Positions 53,333 through 62,917 of a stretch of DNA of 64,000 nt are shown here, piece by piece. This DNA comes from Candidatus Latescibacterota bacterium (GTDB taxonomy: Bacteria > Latescibacterota > UBA2968 > UBA8231), in contig OZ241362.1 of assembly GCA_965200315.1 (NCBI GenBank), positions 3,200,001 through 3,264,000 on the forward strand, read 5' to 3'. The translations under genes and the position numbers were made by a program. The notes under the pieces are model-generated. The model did no database searches. It was not told the DNA's origin and saw only the letters and a program-made list of their open reading frames with translations. Numbering within the stretch: position 1 is the first letter of the stretch; every line of letters begins with the position of its first letter.

Positions 53333-54333
53333 GCTTGAGCATCTGTCCGTGGAAGTACGGCAAGCGTTGGGTTTACTCCATCACCTACGACGAGGCCCTA
53401 TCCGACCTGCACCGCTTTGCTATCCCCATGCACGAGGAATACGGCATCCCCGGCCACGTGGAACTGCTCGTCGGCCAGATGGGCGAGCTCCGGCAGGCCG
53501 GCAACTCCAGCTACAACGGCTACCGCCACATGAACGCGGCCGAGTTGCGCGATCTGCTCGCTCGCGGCTGGGGCGTGGGCAACCACTCGTGGACTCACGA
53601 AATCATCACGCCGGAAATGGTGGACCAGGAAATCGGCCACGCCAAGCAAGTGCTGGAGGAAGCCCTCGGCGAGCCGATAATCCTCTACTGCTCGCCCGGC
53701 AACAACACAAACATGGCCGACCACGTGCTCGAAGCCTGTCGCCGCTACGGCTACCTAGGTGCCATGAGCCTGACGGACGCGCTCAACTTGCCCGAGGACG
53801 AGCTGTTCTGGATCAACCGCACAGCGCTGCACGACCATTACTACGAGCCGTTCTACAGCGCCTACGACCCGTACCGCAACATCCGCCAAGCCCAAGCCGT
53901 GCAAGGCTGGCTCATCGACTACTGCCACTGTCCGCTGGAGACGGCCGTCCATCCCAACAAGGACTGCTCTGAAGCTCAGCTACGGCAGCGCTTTGAGACG
54001 GTGCTGTCCGAGGGGGGCGATGCGGTCTGGTGTGCAGTGCCCGAGGAGGCACTCAGCTATCATCTGATGCGGCGTCACGCCCAGATCGAGACCATAGGCG
54101 ACGGGACCGAATCACAGCGCTTTCGCATCGGGCTTCCGGGGCTGCCCGGGCAGGTGCCGTATCGCAGTCTGACGCTAGAGGCCAGCGTGCCAGCGGCTTG
54201 GTGCCGCGACCCCCGAGTAGTCGTGGACGGACGAGAACTAGCGGCAGAGCTCGTGCGACCCGGCGTGCTGCGAGTGACGACACTGGTGAGCGACGGAACC
54301 GAGGCCGAGGTCCGGGCCACGCCGCGCCCTTGA
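53329..54333 (+). CDS. Polysaccharide deacetylase family protein
   Basis: SITYDE, GNHSWTH. Confidence 0.85.
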   Translation: MSLSICPWKYGKRWVYSITYDEALSDLHRFAIPMHEEYGIPGHVELLVGQMGELRQAGNSSYNGYRHMNAAELRDLLARGWGVGNHSWTHEIITPEMVDQEIGHAKQVLEEALGEPIILYCSPGNNTNMADHVLEACRRYGYLGAMSLTDALNLPEDELFWINRTALHDHYYEPFYSAYDPYRNIRQAQAVQGWLIDYCHCPLETAVHPNKDCSEAQLRQRFETVLSEGGDAVWCAVPEEALSYHLMRRHAQIETIGDGTESQRFRIGLPGLPGQVPYRSLTLEASVPAAWCRDPRVVVDGRELAAELVRPGVLRVTTLVSDGTEAEVRATPRP

Positions 54334-54629
54334 CCGATTTCTCTATTGCGGCTCTTGCCGCGTTGTGCTCTCACCGACTTGGCCCCGCCGGTGGCTGGTG
54401 GTCCGTACGTGCGTCCTTGGGAGGGCCGCCCGCGCACCGAGCCAGGTGCCGCATTTCACGAGTGATGTAGGATTGCTATATAAGAACCTGACCGCTCGTT
54501 GCGATTGCGACTATGCCACCAAGAAACGTACCTTCATTTCGTATAAATAACATCTAGTGGCCGCTATCCGAATTAATTATTCGGATATAAGCAGTTGACT
54601 GAAAGCAGCAAAAAAGAAAAGGACTCAGA

Positions 54630-55395
54630 ATGAGTTATCCCGCAATGGACCAACCGGCCCCCGCGATCGAGGTCAGTGAATGGATTAGCGGGAAGCCAGA
54701 AAAGGAAAATGGACTTTCTGGAAACAATGTGATCCTTGAGTTCTGGGGCACTCATTGTGGCCCGTGTATTGCCGCCATTCCCCATCTCAATGAACTTGTC
54801 GCCACGTATGGCAGTAAGGACACCCTTTTTGTCTCGTTGACCCGTGAAGAGCCCCACACCATAGAACGCTTCTTGAAAAAAAGGCCGATAAAGGGCGGAG
54901 TCGCCACAGATCGAGAAGGTACAACGTTCAATGCCTATGGGATACAAAGTATCCCTCATACCTTTCTCATAGACTCACAAGGGCTACTTCGTTGGCGCGG
55001 CCATCCACATTTTTTTACTGCGGAATTGTTAGAGGAGTTTCTCCAGACGGACAACGTGCCCAAAATAGACGAATCAACCACCTCTTCAGAAACCGTGCCG
55101 ACGGTCACTCCAGACACCCTGTTTTTTTTAAAAATTGATCGAAATGCGTCCGATCGCAGAGAGGCCAGTTTGATGGGCGACGAGCAATTCGAATCAGCTT
55201 ACCGATTACCTTGAGAGTTCGATGAAGTGCATATTCTTTAACGAAACACACTTGGCAGGGAAATATGACTTTATATTGCCGGTTGAAACCTTTGATCAGA
55301 CACGGCGAGCTTTAGAAGAAGAGTATGGTATCAAAGTCGAATCGGCGGTACGCGAAGTAGAAATAGTGATTCTGCGCATGACGGGTGCGCGGTGA
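54630..55395 (+). pseudogene. TlpA-like redoxin fused to a DUF3738-like domain, internally deleted and frameshifted
   Basis: FWGTHCGPC in 54630-55214; another frame to 55395 reads DYLESSMKCIFFNETHLAGKYDF...ALEEEYGIKVESAVREVEIVIL. Confidence 0.7.
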
Positions 55396-55429
55396 CTCGC
55401 CGTGCCTTACTTCATAACCGTTAGAACTC

Positions 55430-56089
55430 ATGTCAATCGATTTTGATTTTGGCGGAGCCGTCCCCCCGTGGGGCCGTAGCGCAGCTGAATACGAGGCGTT
55501 CTTCGCGTTATCTGACGTCCCGCCATCTGCGCACATATTGGACTGCGGGGGTGGACCGTCATCATTCGCTGCGGAATGGAGTAGAAATGGACGATATGTC
55601 GTCGCCGCTGACCCCAGATATAGGTTTTCCGCCAAAAATTTTCTAGCCGACTTCGATCTCACAGCGGCACGGATGCTCGTGGGAATGCAGAAGGCGCAGG
55701 ACAGGTTCAAGTGGGATTATTACGGCAGCCCGGAAGATGTCGTCCAACGCCGGCGCGACGTCCTCACAGCCTTCACTTCCGATTTTCAGGCCGCGACTCG
55801 GAGTGGTCGCTACGTATCTGCCTGCCTACCGGAATTGCCTTTTCTATCGGAATCCTTCGATCTCGTACTTTGTTCTCATCTGCTATTTCTCTACTCTGCC
55901 GAATTCGACACAGAAACCCACCTCTCCTTCCTGCGAGAAATGCTTCGCGTAGGTCGAGAGGTTCGCGTATTTCCATTGCTCGACATGGATGGTAAACCTT
56001 CCGAACATCTGGAGGACACCCTTCAGACACTGCGAATGTCAACACACCTTGAGGCCCTCAACGGGGTAGTGACTCATTTTGAAATTTGA
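55430..56089 (+). CDS. SAM-dependent methyltransferase, C-terminus probably truncated; last codons come from the IS1 TIR
   Basis: WGRS..EY..FF, DCGGGPSSF, CSHLLFLYS, EVRVFPL. Confidence 0.85.
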   Translation: MSIDFDFGGAVPPWGRSAAEYEAFFALSDVPPSAHILDCGGGPSSFAAEWSRNGRYVVAADPRYRFSAKNFLADFDLTAARMLVGMQKAQDRFKWDYYGSPEDVVQRRRDVLTAFTSDFQAATRSGRYVSACLPELPFLSESFDLVLCSHLLFLYSAEFDTETHLSFLREMLRVGREVRVFPLLDMDGKPSEHLEDTLQTLRMSTHLEALNGVVTHFEI

Positions 56090-56871
56090 TGCTTCTTGTA
56101 CGTCTTGGGGCGGTTCGGCTTAGGTCGGGCCGCCTGGATCTGTTCGGCCAACCATTCCATATCATAGCCAGTGTCGGCCAATCCTGCCGCTTGTGCCGGC
56201 GTTTTGCCTATCGAAGAGTGAACCCGCACGAAGTTGTAGTAAACGAAGTAGAGCGAAAGCATGTTCAAGTGACGTTCTATCCGCTTGCTAAACCCGTTGG
56301 TGCGCCGAGTGAAGCGTCGCATTCCCATTCGCATCGTTAGATTTTGCCGCTCGACGTGAGAGGTGGTAGGTCCTCCTTCTTCCCCTTTCGTCATCAATGC
56401 GTGTTCCACATCCTCACCGAAGACCTGCTCTACTGCCGAGAGATAGACGTTGTAGCGATCCGTTGTTAGATGTACTGGATTGGCCAAGCGTTCTTGTAGA
56501 TTCTCCAAAAATTCAAGTCCGGTTTCCATAGAACGGTCCCCGACCTCGTAGGCCAAGATCAACTTGGTGTCTGAATCAATCGCTGTCCACGTCCATACAT
56601 CGCCTGCCCCGTCAGGAGCATCCGGTGCTTGGTTGACCGTCTTTTGCTTGGCATAGCAGAACGACCAAATTTCGTCGCATTGAACTCGACGGACTACGAC
56701 ATTACGTACGTATTGGTCATGGTACGTCGCACAGAACTGGCCCGCATCGACCAGCATCTTATAGACAGTGTTTAGGGATACAGGAATTATCCGGCTGATG
56801 GACCGCATAGACGATCCTTCAACCAGCATAGAAAGGATAAGGATTCGCTTATTTAGGGCTAATCTGTTCAC
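56074..56871 (-). CDS. IS1-family DDE transposase
   Basis: LVEGSSMRS HTH, QCDEIWSF, LTTD, VERQNLTMR...RFTRRTNGFSK; stop lies inside the TIR. Confidence 0.92.
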   Translation of the reverse strand: MNRLALNKRILILSMLVEGSSMRSISRIIPVSLNTVYKMLVDAGQFCATYHDQYVRNVVVRRVQCDEIWSFCYAKQKTVNQAPDAPDGAGDVWTWTAIDSDTKLILAYEVGDRSMETGLEFLENLQERLANPVHLTTDRYNVYLSAVEQVFGEDVEHALMTKGEEGGPTTSHVERQNLTMRMGMRRFTRRTNGFSKRIERHLNMLSLYFVYYNFVRVHSSIGKTPAQAAGLADTGYDMEWLAEQIQAARPKPNRPKTYKKHQISK

Positions 56872-56930
56872 GCCCTAAATATAAGTAAAAACAGCTATTT
56901 ACTCAATAGCGTTTTGTTTTGTTCAGTTTG

Positions 56931-56963
56931 AAAAAATGCCTCGACCATAAAAGGCCGAGGCAT
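56931..56963 (-). terminator. Terminator between the cargo operon and the transposase
   Basis: ATGCCTCG...CGAGGCAT hairpin followed by T6 on the minus strand. Confidence 0.7.
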
Positions 56964-56987
56964 GTGTTTGTTGCACTTCTTTTTTCG

Positions 56988-57134
56988 TTACGAAGTTTTT
57001 TCTTTAAGGAATCGTCGCAATTTATTGTCAGTTTCGTTGGAGATTTTTTTCTGAGAGTAGTTCGGTTTTGGGTATAAAATGTTTATACCCTTTTTCCGTA
57101 ACTTAGCTAAATCTATATCAGAATTCTTATTCAT
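56988..57134 (-). CDS. 48-aa basic small protein
   Basis: MNKNSDIDLAKLRKKG...; ATG overlaps the protease stop (ATGAATAA) and a terminator follows. Confidence 0.5.
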   Translation of the reverse strand: MNKNSDIDLAKLRKKGINILYPKPNYSQKKISNETDNKLRRFLKEKTS

Positions 57135-58122
57135 TTTTACGTTCTTCATGTTCAGGCTCCTTTTCAATGGGTTGTGTTTTTTCATTCTTGGGCTGAGTGT
57201 TTTCATTTTTGGGTTGCGTATCTTCTTCTTCGATTTCTGCGTCTTCTTCTTCGGGGAGAAGTGTTCCAATACACCGATAGTTTTCTGTTTGGGACAGTTG
57301 ATCGAAGAATTCGTCGAGTAAAACCTGGGTTTTTTCATTGGCTATTGATACGTTTAAGCCTATTTGGCGAGCTTCGACTGCATCTATGAAAAAACCGTGA
57401 TCGGGGTAGTCCCAAACGAGCTTTTGGGAGATCGAATCTTTATTGTCTTCATATGATGCGTTCAGGATTTTAGCACAGTATCGCTCCATTACCTCTAAGG
57501 CACGTCCGCTGTTGCCTAGCTCAAAGGGGCTAACATTCGAGTAAATACGACCAATGGTCGCCTCAACTAGTTCCTTAGCTTCCTGGACAGCATGTCTCGG
57601 TGAAATTCCTCTCTCCTTCAGAAAGTTGACGAATATGTCAAGGTATTCAGTAACTTCTTTCTGTGCGAACCGAAGAGCATGGAAGCTCTCCAGAGCGCTT
57701 TCGGGAGAACTGAAATAGTGTCGGTCTGAACTAGAGGTACTAGATGGGCTTGGTATCTGTGGATCAAGAGGACCTAATTCAGCCCATTGGCCCATTATTA
57801 TCTTTGACGCCCCTAAAGCGAAAAGAGTTGCTCCACTTTTAGCAAACTTTGGAACAATGGCTACATAGTCAGGACAGTATGTTTGAAAAATATAAGGGGT
57901 CCTAAAAGACGCTTCCAGATCGCCTCCAGGACTATGAATAATAACGTCAATTTTTCCTATGTTTGGTATCACCCTTTTGAAAAGCTCAACCATCTTGACG
58001 GTTCTGAATGTGATTTCACTGCACAGAAAGAAAGGATGTCGGTCTCGAAGGGCGATCCAATTGTGCGTCCATTCGTCAAGAGGTCCTGTCTCAGTAAAGA
58101 GCAACTCATCGCTATATTTCAT
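57127..58122 (-). CDS. SDH-family ClpP-fold serine protease
   Basis: IHSPGG, AKSGATL, LGPLDPQ, Y.DHG..I; acidic tail; low GC. Confidence 0.88.
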   Translation of the reverse strand: MKYSDELLFTETGPLDEWTHNWIALRDRHPFFLCSEITFRTVKMVELFKRVIPNIGKIDVIIHSPGGDLEASFRTPYIFQTYCPDYVAIVPKFAKSGATLFALGASKIIMGQWAELGPLDPQIPSPSSTSSSDRHYFSSPESALESFHALRFAQKEVTEYLDIFVNFLKERGISPRHAVQEAKELVEATIGRIYSNVSPFELGNSGRALEVMERYCAKILNASYEDNKDSISQKLVWDYPDHGFFIDAVEARQIGLNVSIANEKTQVLLDEFFDQLSQTENYRCIGTLLPEEEDAEIEEEDTQPKNENTQPKNEKTQPIEKEPEHEERKNE

Positions 58123-58176
58123 CAGATAGCCGTGTTTTATGTGTGAAATGTACAGTAATCTTCAAGAACTAGTTGG

Positions 58177-58356
58177 CTAGCTCTTGTCGGTCTTCTCCAG
58201 CTTGAAGTACGGGGCAGCCTTTTTGTAAAGACGTTTAAGCGTGGAGAGCGTTTTGGCTGGAGGATCTGTTTCCTCGCCAGTAGCGATTTTAGCCACTTGT
58301 ACCGCGCAGCCTACTGCGTCGGCGGGACGACGCTGGCCTTGGGGGCCTTTAGGCAT
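58177..58356 (-). CDS. Small IS1-associated protein, C-terminus divergent
   Basis: MPKGPQGQRRPADAVGCAVQVAKIATGE motif recalled from small genes next to this transposase type. Confidence 0.65.
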   Translation of the reverse strand: MPKGPQGQRRPADAVGCAVQVAKIATGEETDPPAKTLSTLKRLYKKAAPYFKLEKTDKS

Positions 58357-58762
58357 GAAGGTCCTACTTTTCGTTGTTTGTGTGTTGCCAACCACCCATA
58401 GCTGCTAATTTGTGCAGGTTCACGTAATTACTATAAATATAAGTATATAGTAGAAATACGCGAGTGCGCGCAAAAGCTGAACGGCAAAGGCGATATTGTC
58501 AAGGGCCTTTTTCCCAGAATCTTGTCTAAAGCGGCTATTTTTTCTTATTTTTCAGGCGATCCAACGTTTTTGCAGATCCCGCTTACCGGGTCATCTGCTG
58601 AATAGAATAGCCAGACCCGGCGAAGGGTAGCTCCCTTCTGCCTTGGCGAATAGGTAGAGCGTACGATGCAGATGGACACTCACTGCACCTACTGCAAAGA
58701 CGTTGGACGGGCCCGGCCCCTTCGGGGGCCTTTCCTGTCCCTCCCGTCCAAGGAGATACGTC

Positions 58763-59119
58763 ATGCCTCGTCTTGCAGTGCTTGCAGGAGGTCTGTTTTT
58801 TGTCCTCTCCTGTTCTCGTAGTCAAGCTCCACTAGCCCCCCAAGAAGTTTCGACTGATTCAGGACCAGCCATACGGTTGTCGTACGTGGCCAAGCCTATG
58901 ACCAACGGTACGCGCTGCATGTACGACCGCCCCGGACTGCTCTATTGGTCTTCTCAAGGACTGACAGCGACCGTGCTGTCAAAAGGGCAATGGGTGTACC
59001 ACACCTATACTTGGGATTACATCGGGATTGAGTCATCCGCAGGCGAAGTTCTCTACGGTATCAATAACGGTCGGCTGATTTTTCCTGGTGATCTCCGTGC
59101 CATTTGGACGCCTCAATAG
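58763..59119 (+). CDS. Putative lipoprotein
   Basis: RBS AAGGAG; signal peptide with lipobox-like VLSC. Confidence 0.65.
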   Translation: MPRLAVLAGGLFFVLSCSRSQAPLAPQEVSTDSGPAIRLSYVAKPMTNGTRCMYDRPGLLYWSSQGLTATVLSKGQWVYHTYTWDYIGIESSAGEVLYGINNGRLIFPGDLRAIWTPQ

Positions 59120-59215
59120 GCAAGTGAAGGGTAGGTCGCCAGATGGAACGGACGTAGGTTGAAGGCGAGAGACGATAACCTGCGGCGCGACCTACCCTTC
59201 TAAAAGATTCCTTGC

Positions 59216-59266
59216 AAGCTCCGACTTAGTTAGGCTATTTATGCTTGGCTGAGTCGGAGCTTTTTG
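59216..59266 (+). terminator. Intrinsic terminator just inside the right TIR
   Basis: AAGCTCCGACTTAG...CTGAGTCGGAGCTT followed by a T-tract. Confidence 0.85.
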
Positions 59267-59297
59267 TTTTCCAAAATTTCAAAATGAGTCACTACCC

Positions 59298-61802
59298 TCA
59301 ACGGGGGCGCAGGATGGTGCCGCCCCGCCGAGACACGTCGAAGGAAAGCTCCCGGTCGCCAGCACGCAGCCGGAACAAATCGCCCTCTTGAGCGACCCGG
59401 GCCTTGGCCGAGCGGCTGCAAAAGGCGAGGACGAGGACATCGTCGTTCGTACCCGCCACCAGCCGCGTCGCCTCAGCGGCACCCGGGAGAAAGCTGACGA
59501 GGCTACCGGCGGCCAGTCCAGAAGGCGCAAAGGGCACCTCTTCGGCCCGCAGTTGGAGGCCCTGGCCAAACACCGGCATTACCTCTACCACACGCCGTCC
59601 AGCACCAAGACGGGCGCGACTCCTGCTCAGACCTTGCAGGTCCACCGGATTCAGCTTGTAGGCCAGCTCACCACCACCCATCTCCGGTCCCAAGCCGCTA
59701 GCCGGATCCACGGTCAGCCGCCGACGGCCCGGACAGCGGAGGTCAATAAAGGCCAAATCGCAGTCCGCGGAGACGCCGGGCGTTTGCACGGCACCGCCAA
59801 AGGCGAGGGTAGAGTGGGGCCACACATAGAAGGTGCGCGGTTCCTGCCGCGAGGCGAGTCCCTGCGAGTCGTGGCCCACCTCGCCGAAGGTGGCCGGATC
59901 GTCGATACGTTTCGCCTCGCCATCGACAGCAATCTCCATCCACGGCCTACCCGCACGTCGGTTGAAGCCACCCCACCCAATCTCGACCTCGTGCCAAACT
60001 CCAGAATCCACCCCGCTCGGTGCCCGCACCGCTACCTCGTGGCCGTTCTGGCTCTGCACGCTGAAGCACAGCTTGCCGTCCGCTGCGGCGATGAGGGCGA
60101 AGGTGTTAACTCCTGTCCCACCGGCCCCGCCGACGCCGTTTCCCGTGTTGAACAACACCCGAGGACCGTCCTCGCACCCCCGCAAGCGGAAATGCAAGCG
60201 CAGGCGGCCGCCGTTGGCGCAGAACCAAGGCCGGGCCTCGTACTGCAAGGCGTCGCCTTCGCTCAGCCGGACGATGTCATCGACGAAGCGGAGGCCGCGC
60301 GGCCGACGCCGCAGCGCCACAAGTACAACCGGGTGCTCTCCGGTCAACAGCCAGTACTCGTGCTCGGTGCGCCGGGCGGAGACGCGCAGCCGCTGCCATT
60401 GCCTCGTGTGCTCCAGACCGCCTAACACGGCGACGATCTCGTTCTGGCCACCCACGCAAGGCAGGCTGCCGCAACTCACCGGCTGGGCCTCGGCCGCACT
60501 GATCGCACGCAGCACGGGATTCCCCGCCCACTGCACGTGCAAGTTCATAAAGCCGTGGGCCACATCGCCATCGTACCCGCTGACCGAGAGGATCGCCGCA
60601 TCGGGTCCATGGCCGCTGCGCATCACGGCAGAGCGGCCGCCGCGCCCCGCAAAACGCCGCGCCAGCGGAGCCGGGTGGCGCTGCTTGGCCGCCCGGAAGT
60701 CGGGATCGTAAAAGCAGTAGGCGTAAGGCCCGTAGGAGATCATGCACTCCGCTGTTGAGCCTTTAACGCCGCCACCGAAGCGGTAGATCCGGCCTAGGCG
60801 CGGGTCGGCTATGGCGGCGTCGCGCAGCACCTCGTCGCCAGCCTCTTGGGCCAGCCTCAGGAGCGCGGGAGAGCAAGCGTTGAGTTGGGTGCCGAGCACG
60901 TTGGCGTTGGCGGGATAGTAGAGTTGGTCGGGAATTTTGCGCGGTGCGGCCCAATGGGCGCGGAACCAAGTCAGCGGCCGCCGCAGCCGGGCCGGAACCT
61001 CGCGGCCGAGATCAATGCCCGTGACATTGCGCAGCGCGTCGGCAAACTGCAGGAGCCAGAGGTTTTCCCAAGGCCAGAAGGAAGGGCCGTCCACCGGCTC
61101 GCCAGCGGGGCCGCAGCCGTGGGGAAGGATGGCGGCGCGGAAGCGCTCGAGGACCGCCTGTACCCATACCTCCGCCTTGGGGTGTTCGCCCAGCAGATGC
61201 AGAGCAGCCACTCCAAAGTGCCCGTTGTCCACGACGGCGTGGTGCCCACCTTCCTCCGAGTGGCGTTGCTCGTCCACATCCGGCCACCAGCGCTCCAACT
61301 GCCGCACGAGACAGGCGCGGGTCTGACGCTTCTCGTCAACTGGCAACTCTCCGTCCAACAGGTCGAGAGCCAAGGCAAAGGCCTGCATGTAGCGGTTGGC
61401 CGTGTAGAAGTGCTCCTCCACCCGGTCGTCGTGGTCCCAACCAGCGGCCGCCCGCAGCCAAGCGCGAGCCCGGTCGAGCCAGCACCGATCGCCGGTCAAC
61501 CGCCAAGCAAAGGCGTAGTTCTCGATCAAGGCCGTAGCCTGCATGGCCGTGTAGAAGGTCAAATAAAGCTGGTGGTACGGGTGAGGGCTGTCCGGCCGTC
61601 GCGGAATTCGCGGCCACGGCCGCTGTCCGGCATACAGATCACAGTCGGCTAGGAGGTTGGCGAGGATGCGCCGACGCACGGAATCGGCTGGCGGATCAAA
61701 GCGGAAGTGGGGATCGTCGAAGGGCCTCAGCAGCCGGGGCCGCTCGCGGCGGATGACCCGGATCGATGCCTGTTTCGGCGAGTTGGACGAATGCACAGGC
61801 AT
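59298..61802 (-). CDS. Heparinase II/III / alginate lyase-like protein with a LamG-like domain
   Basis: Helical N-terminus (AFAWRLTGD..W...A, DG..FW, AL.NVTG.DL) and beta-sandwich WHEVEIGW segment. Confidence 0.65.
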   Translation of the reverse strand: MPVHSSNSPKQASIRVIRRERPRLLRPFDDPHFRFDPPADSVRRRILANLLADCDLYAGQRPWPRIPRRPDSPHPYHQLYLTFYTAMQATALIENYAFAWRLTGDRCWLDRARAWLRAAAGWDHDDRVEEHFYTANRYMQAFALALDLLDGELPVDEKRQTRACLVRQLERWWPDVDEQRHSEEGGHHAVVDNGHFGVAALHLLGEHPKAEVWVQAVLERFRAAILPHGCGPAGEPVDGPSFWPWENLWLLQFADALRNVTGIDLGREVPARLRRPLTWFRAHWAAPRKIPDQLYYPANANVLGTQLNACSPALLRLAQEAGDEVLRDAAIADPRLGRIYRFGGGVKGSTAECMISYGPYAYCFYDPDFRAAKQRHPAPLARRFAGRGGRSAVMRSGHGPDAAILSVSGYDGDVAHGFMNLHVQWAGNPVLRAISAAEAQPVSCGSLPCVGGQNEIVAVLGGLEHTRQWQRLRVSARRTEHEYWLLTGEHPVVLVALRRRPRGLRFVDDIVRLSEGDALQYEARPWFCANGGRLRLHFRLRGCEDGPRVLFNTGNGVGGAGGTGVNTFALIAAADGKLCFSVQSQNGHEVAVRAPSGVDSGVWHEVEIGWGGFNRRAGRPWMEIAVDGEAKRIDDPATFGEVGHDSQGLASRQEPRTFYVWPHSTLAFGGAVQTPGVSADCDLAFIDLRCPGRRRLTVDPASGLGPEMGGGELAYKLNPVDLQGLSRSRARLGAGRRVVEVMPVFGQGLQLRAEEVPFAPSGLAAGSLVSFLPGAAEATRLVAGTNDDVLVLAFCSRSAKARVAQEGDLFRLRAGDRELSFDVSRRGGTILRPR

Positions 61803-62894
61803 TTAGAAGTGGTCGGGCTCCCAAAAGATGACCTCGCGGCGCGGGAACCACTCCTCAAGTTGGCGAGCTTCCCCAGCCTCCAGCGAGAGCCCACGAGCGC
61901 GGAGGACCGGTTCCAAGTCGCGGCCAGAAGACTCGCCAAACAAAAGCCGACACATCAGATCGACCGGCAGCCTACGTGCCAACGCCGCCGCTTCGGGTAC
62001 GGCCTTGGCGATCAGCGAGCCGAGGTCGAAGGGCAGAGCCATCATCGAGCTATTTCCCAAGAGCCACAAATCGGCCTCAGCGTCAGCGACTAGGGCATCG
62101 ACAAAAGGGTGGCTGTGGGGAATCCCGCCTTCGATCTGCGTCACCCCAGCCGCCGCGCACTCGTCGAGCAGGTACTGCACGAGGGCATCGAGGGCCGGGC
62201 CGCTCTCGTAGGCGACTTCATACACCTCGGCACCGTCGTCGTCGCTCTCCCAGTTGATATACCCGCTAAGCCCCGTCGAATCACGGACGACAGCGGTGGG
62301 CAGCACGCCCCGCACTCGGGAGGGGGCGTAATCCCAGTACGGACGCGGTCGCAACAGGCTGCCGCTGCGACCGGCGTTGTGGCGCTGATAGAGCGCTACC
62401 GTCTCCTCCAAGTCGCGGCGCTCGTCAAACGGCAGCACCTCAAGTGCGGACCGCCTCGGCTGCGGAGGACGGCTCAGCTTGGCGTGAAATCCCATGAGCG
62501 GCACGCAGCTCCAACCCAAGCGCCGGTAGAAGCGCGCCGGAATCATCGTAAACAGCAGACCCAGATCGTAGCCATCGTCGCGCATGTACTCGGCCGCATG
62601 TTCCATGAGCCGCGTCGCTATGCCACGACCCCGGTAGTCGGGATGTGTGGAGACGCCGCCGATGCCGCCCATGCGGACGGGTGTGGCACCGAGGTGGACC
62701 CAGCGGTCCCAGATGCGCAGCGTCGATACAATGCGGCCTTCGACGACGATGACCGGCGTCTGCGCCGGGCACCAAGTCGGATCGCCTTTCATGTAGCCTC
62801 GGTAGCGCTCGTGCCCTTCGGGGTTGTGCACAGCGCAGAGCAGGTCGATGAGTTCGTCGCGTTCCGACTCGCGGATGGGGCGAATGGTATCCAT
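61803..62894 (-). CDS. GNAT acetyltransferase (Eis-like)
   Basis: GGIGGVSTHPDYRGRGIA, FYRRLGW; start at MDTIRP. Confidence 0.9.
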   Translation of the reverse strand: MDTIRPIRESERDELIDLLCAVHNPEGHERYRGYMKGDPTWCPAQTPVIVVEGRIVSTLRIWDRWVHLGATPVRMGGIGGVSTHPDYRGRGIATRLMEHAAEYMRDDGYDLGLLFTMIPARFYRRLGWSCVPLMGFHAKLSRPPQPRRSALEVLPFDERRDLEETVALYQRHNAGRSGSLLRPRPYWDYAPSRVRGVLPTAVVRDSTGLSGYINWESDDDGAEVYEVAYESGPALDALVQYLLDECAAAGVTQIEGGIPHSHPFVDALVADAEADLWLLGNSSMMALPFDLGSLIAKAVPEAAALARRLPVDLMCRLLFGESSGRDLEPVLRARGLSLEAGEARQLEEWFPRREVIFWEPDHF

Positions 62895-62917
62895 AGTATC
62901 CCTGAGAAAATAACCGA

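Larger units (their letters stand above)
56065..59296 (-). mobile_element. IS1-family transporter element (3232 bp) with passenger genes
   Basis: Perfect 23-bp TIR GGTAGTGACTCATTTTGAAATTT (56065-56087 and 59274-59296); 8-bp TSD CTCAACGG (56057-56064 and 59297-59304). Confidence 0.95.

Noticed and set aside
54545-54600. attC-like site (TAAC, TATCCGAAT/ATTCGGATA palindrome, GTT)
   Set aside because: L-box spacing is about 8 nt off, R boxes are not complementary beyond AAC/GTT, and no integron integrase is in the window; other GTTR starts near 41812, 48547 and 55420 are likewise unsupported
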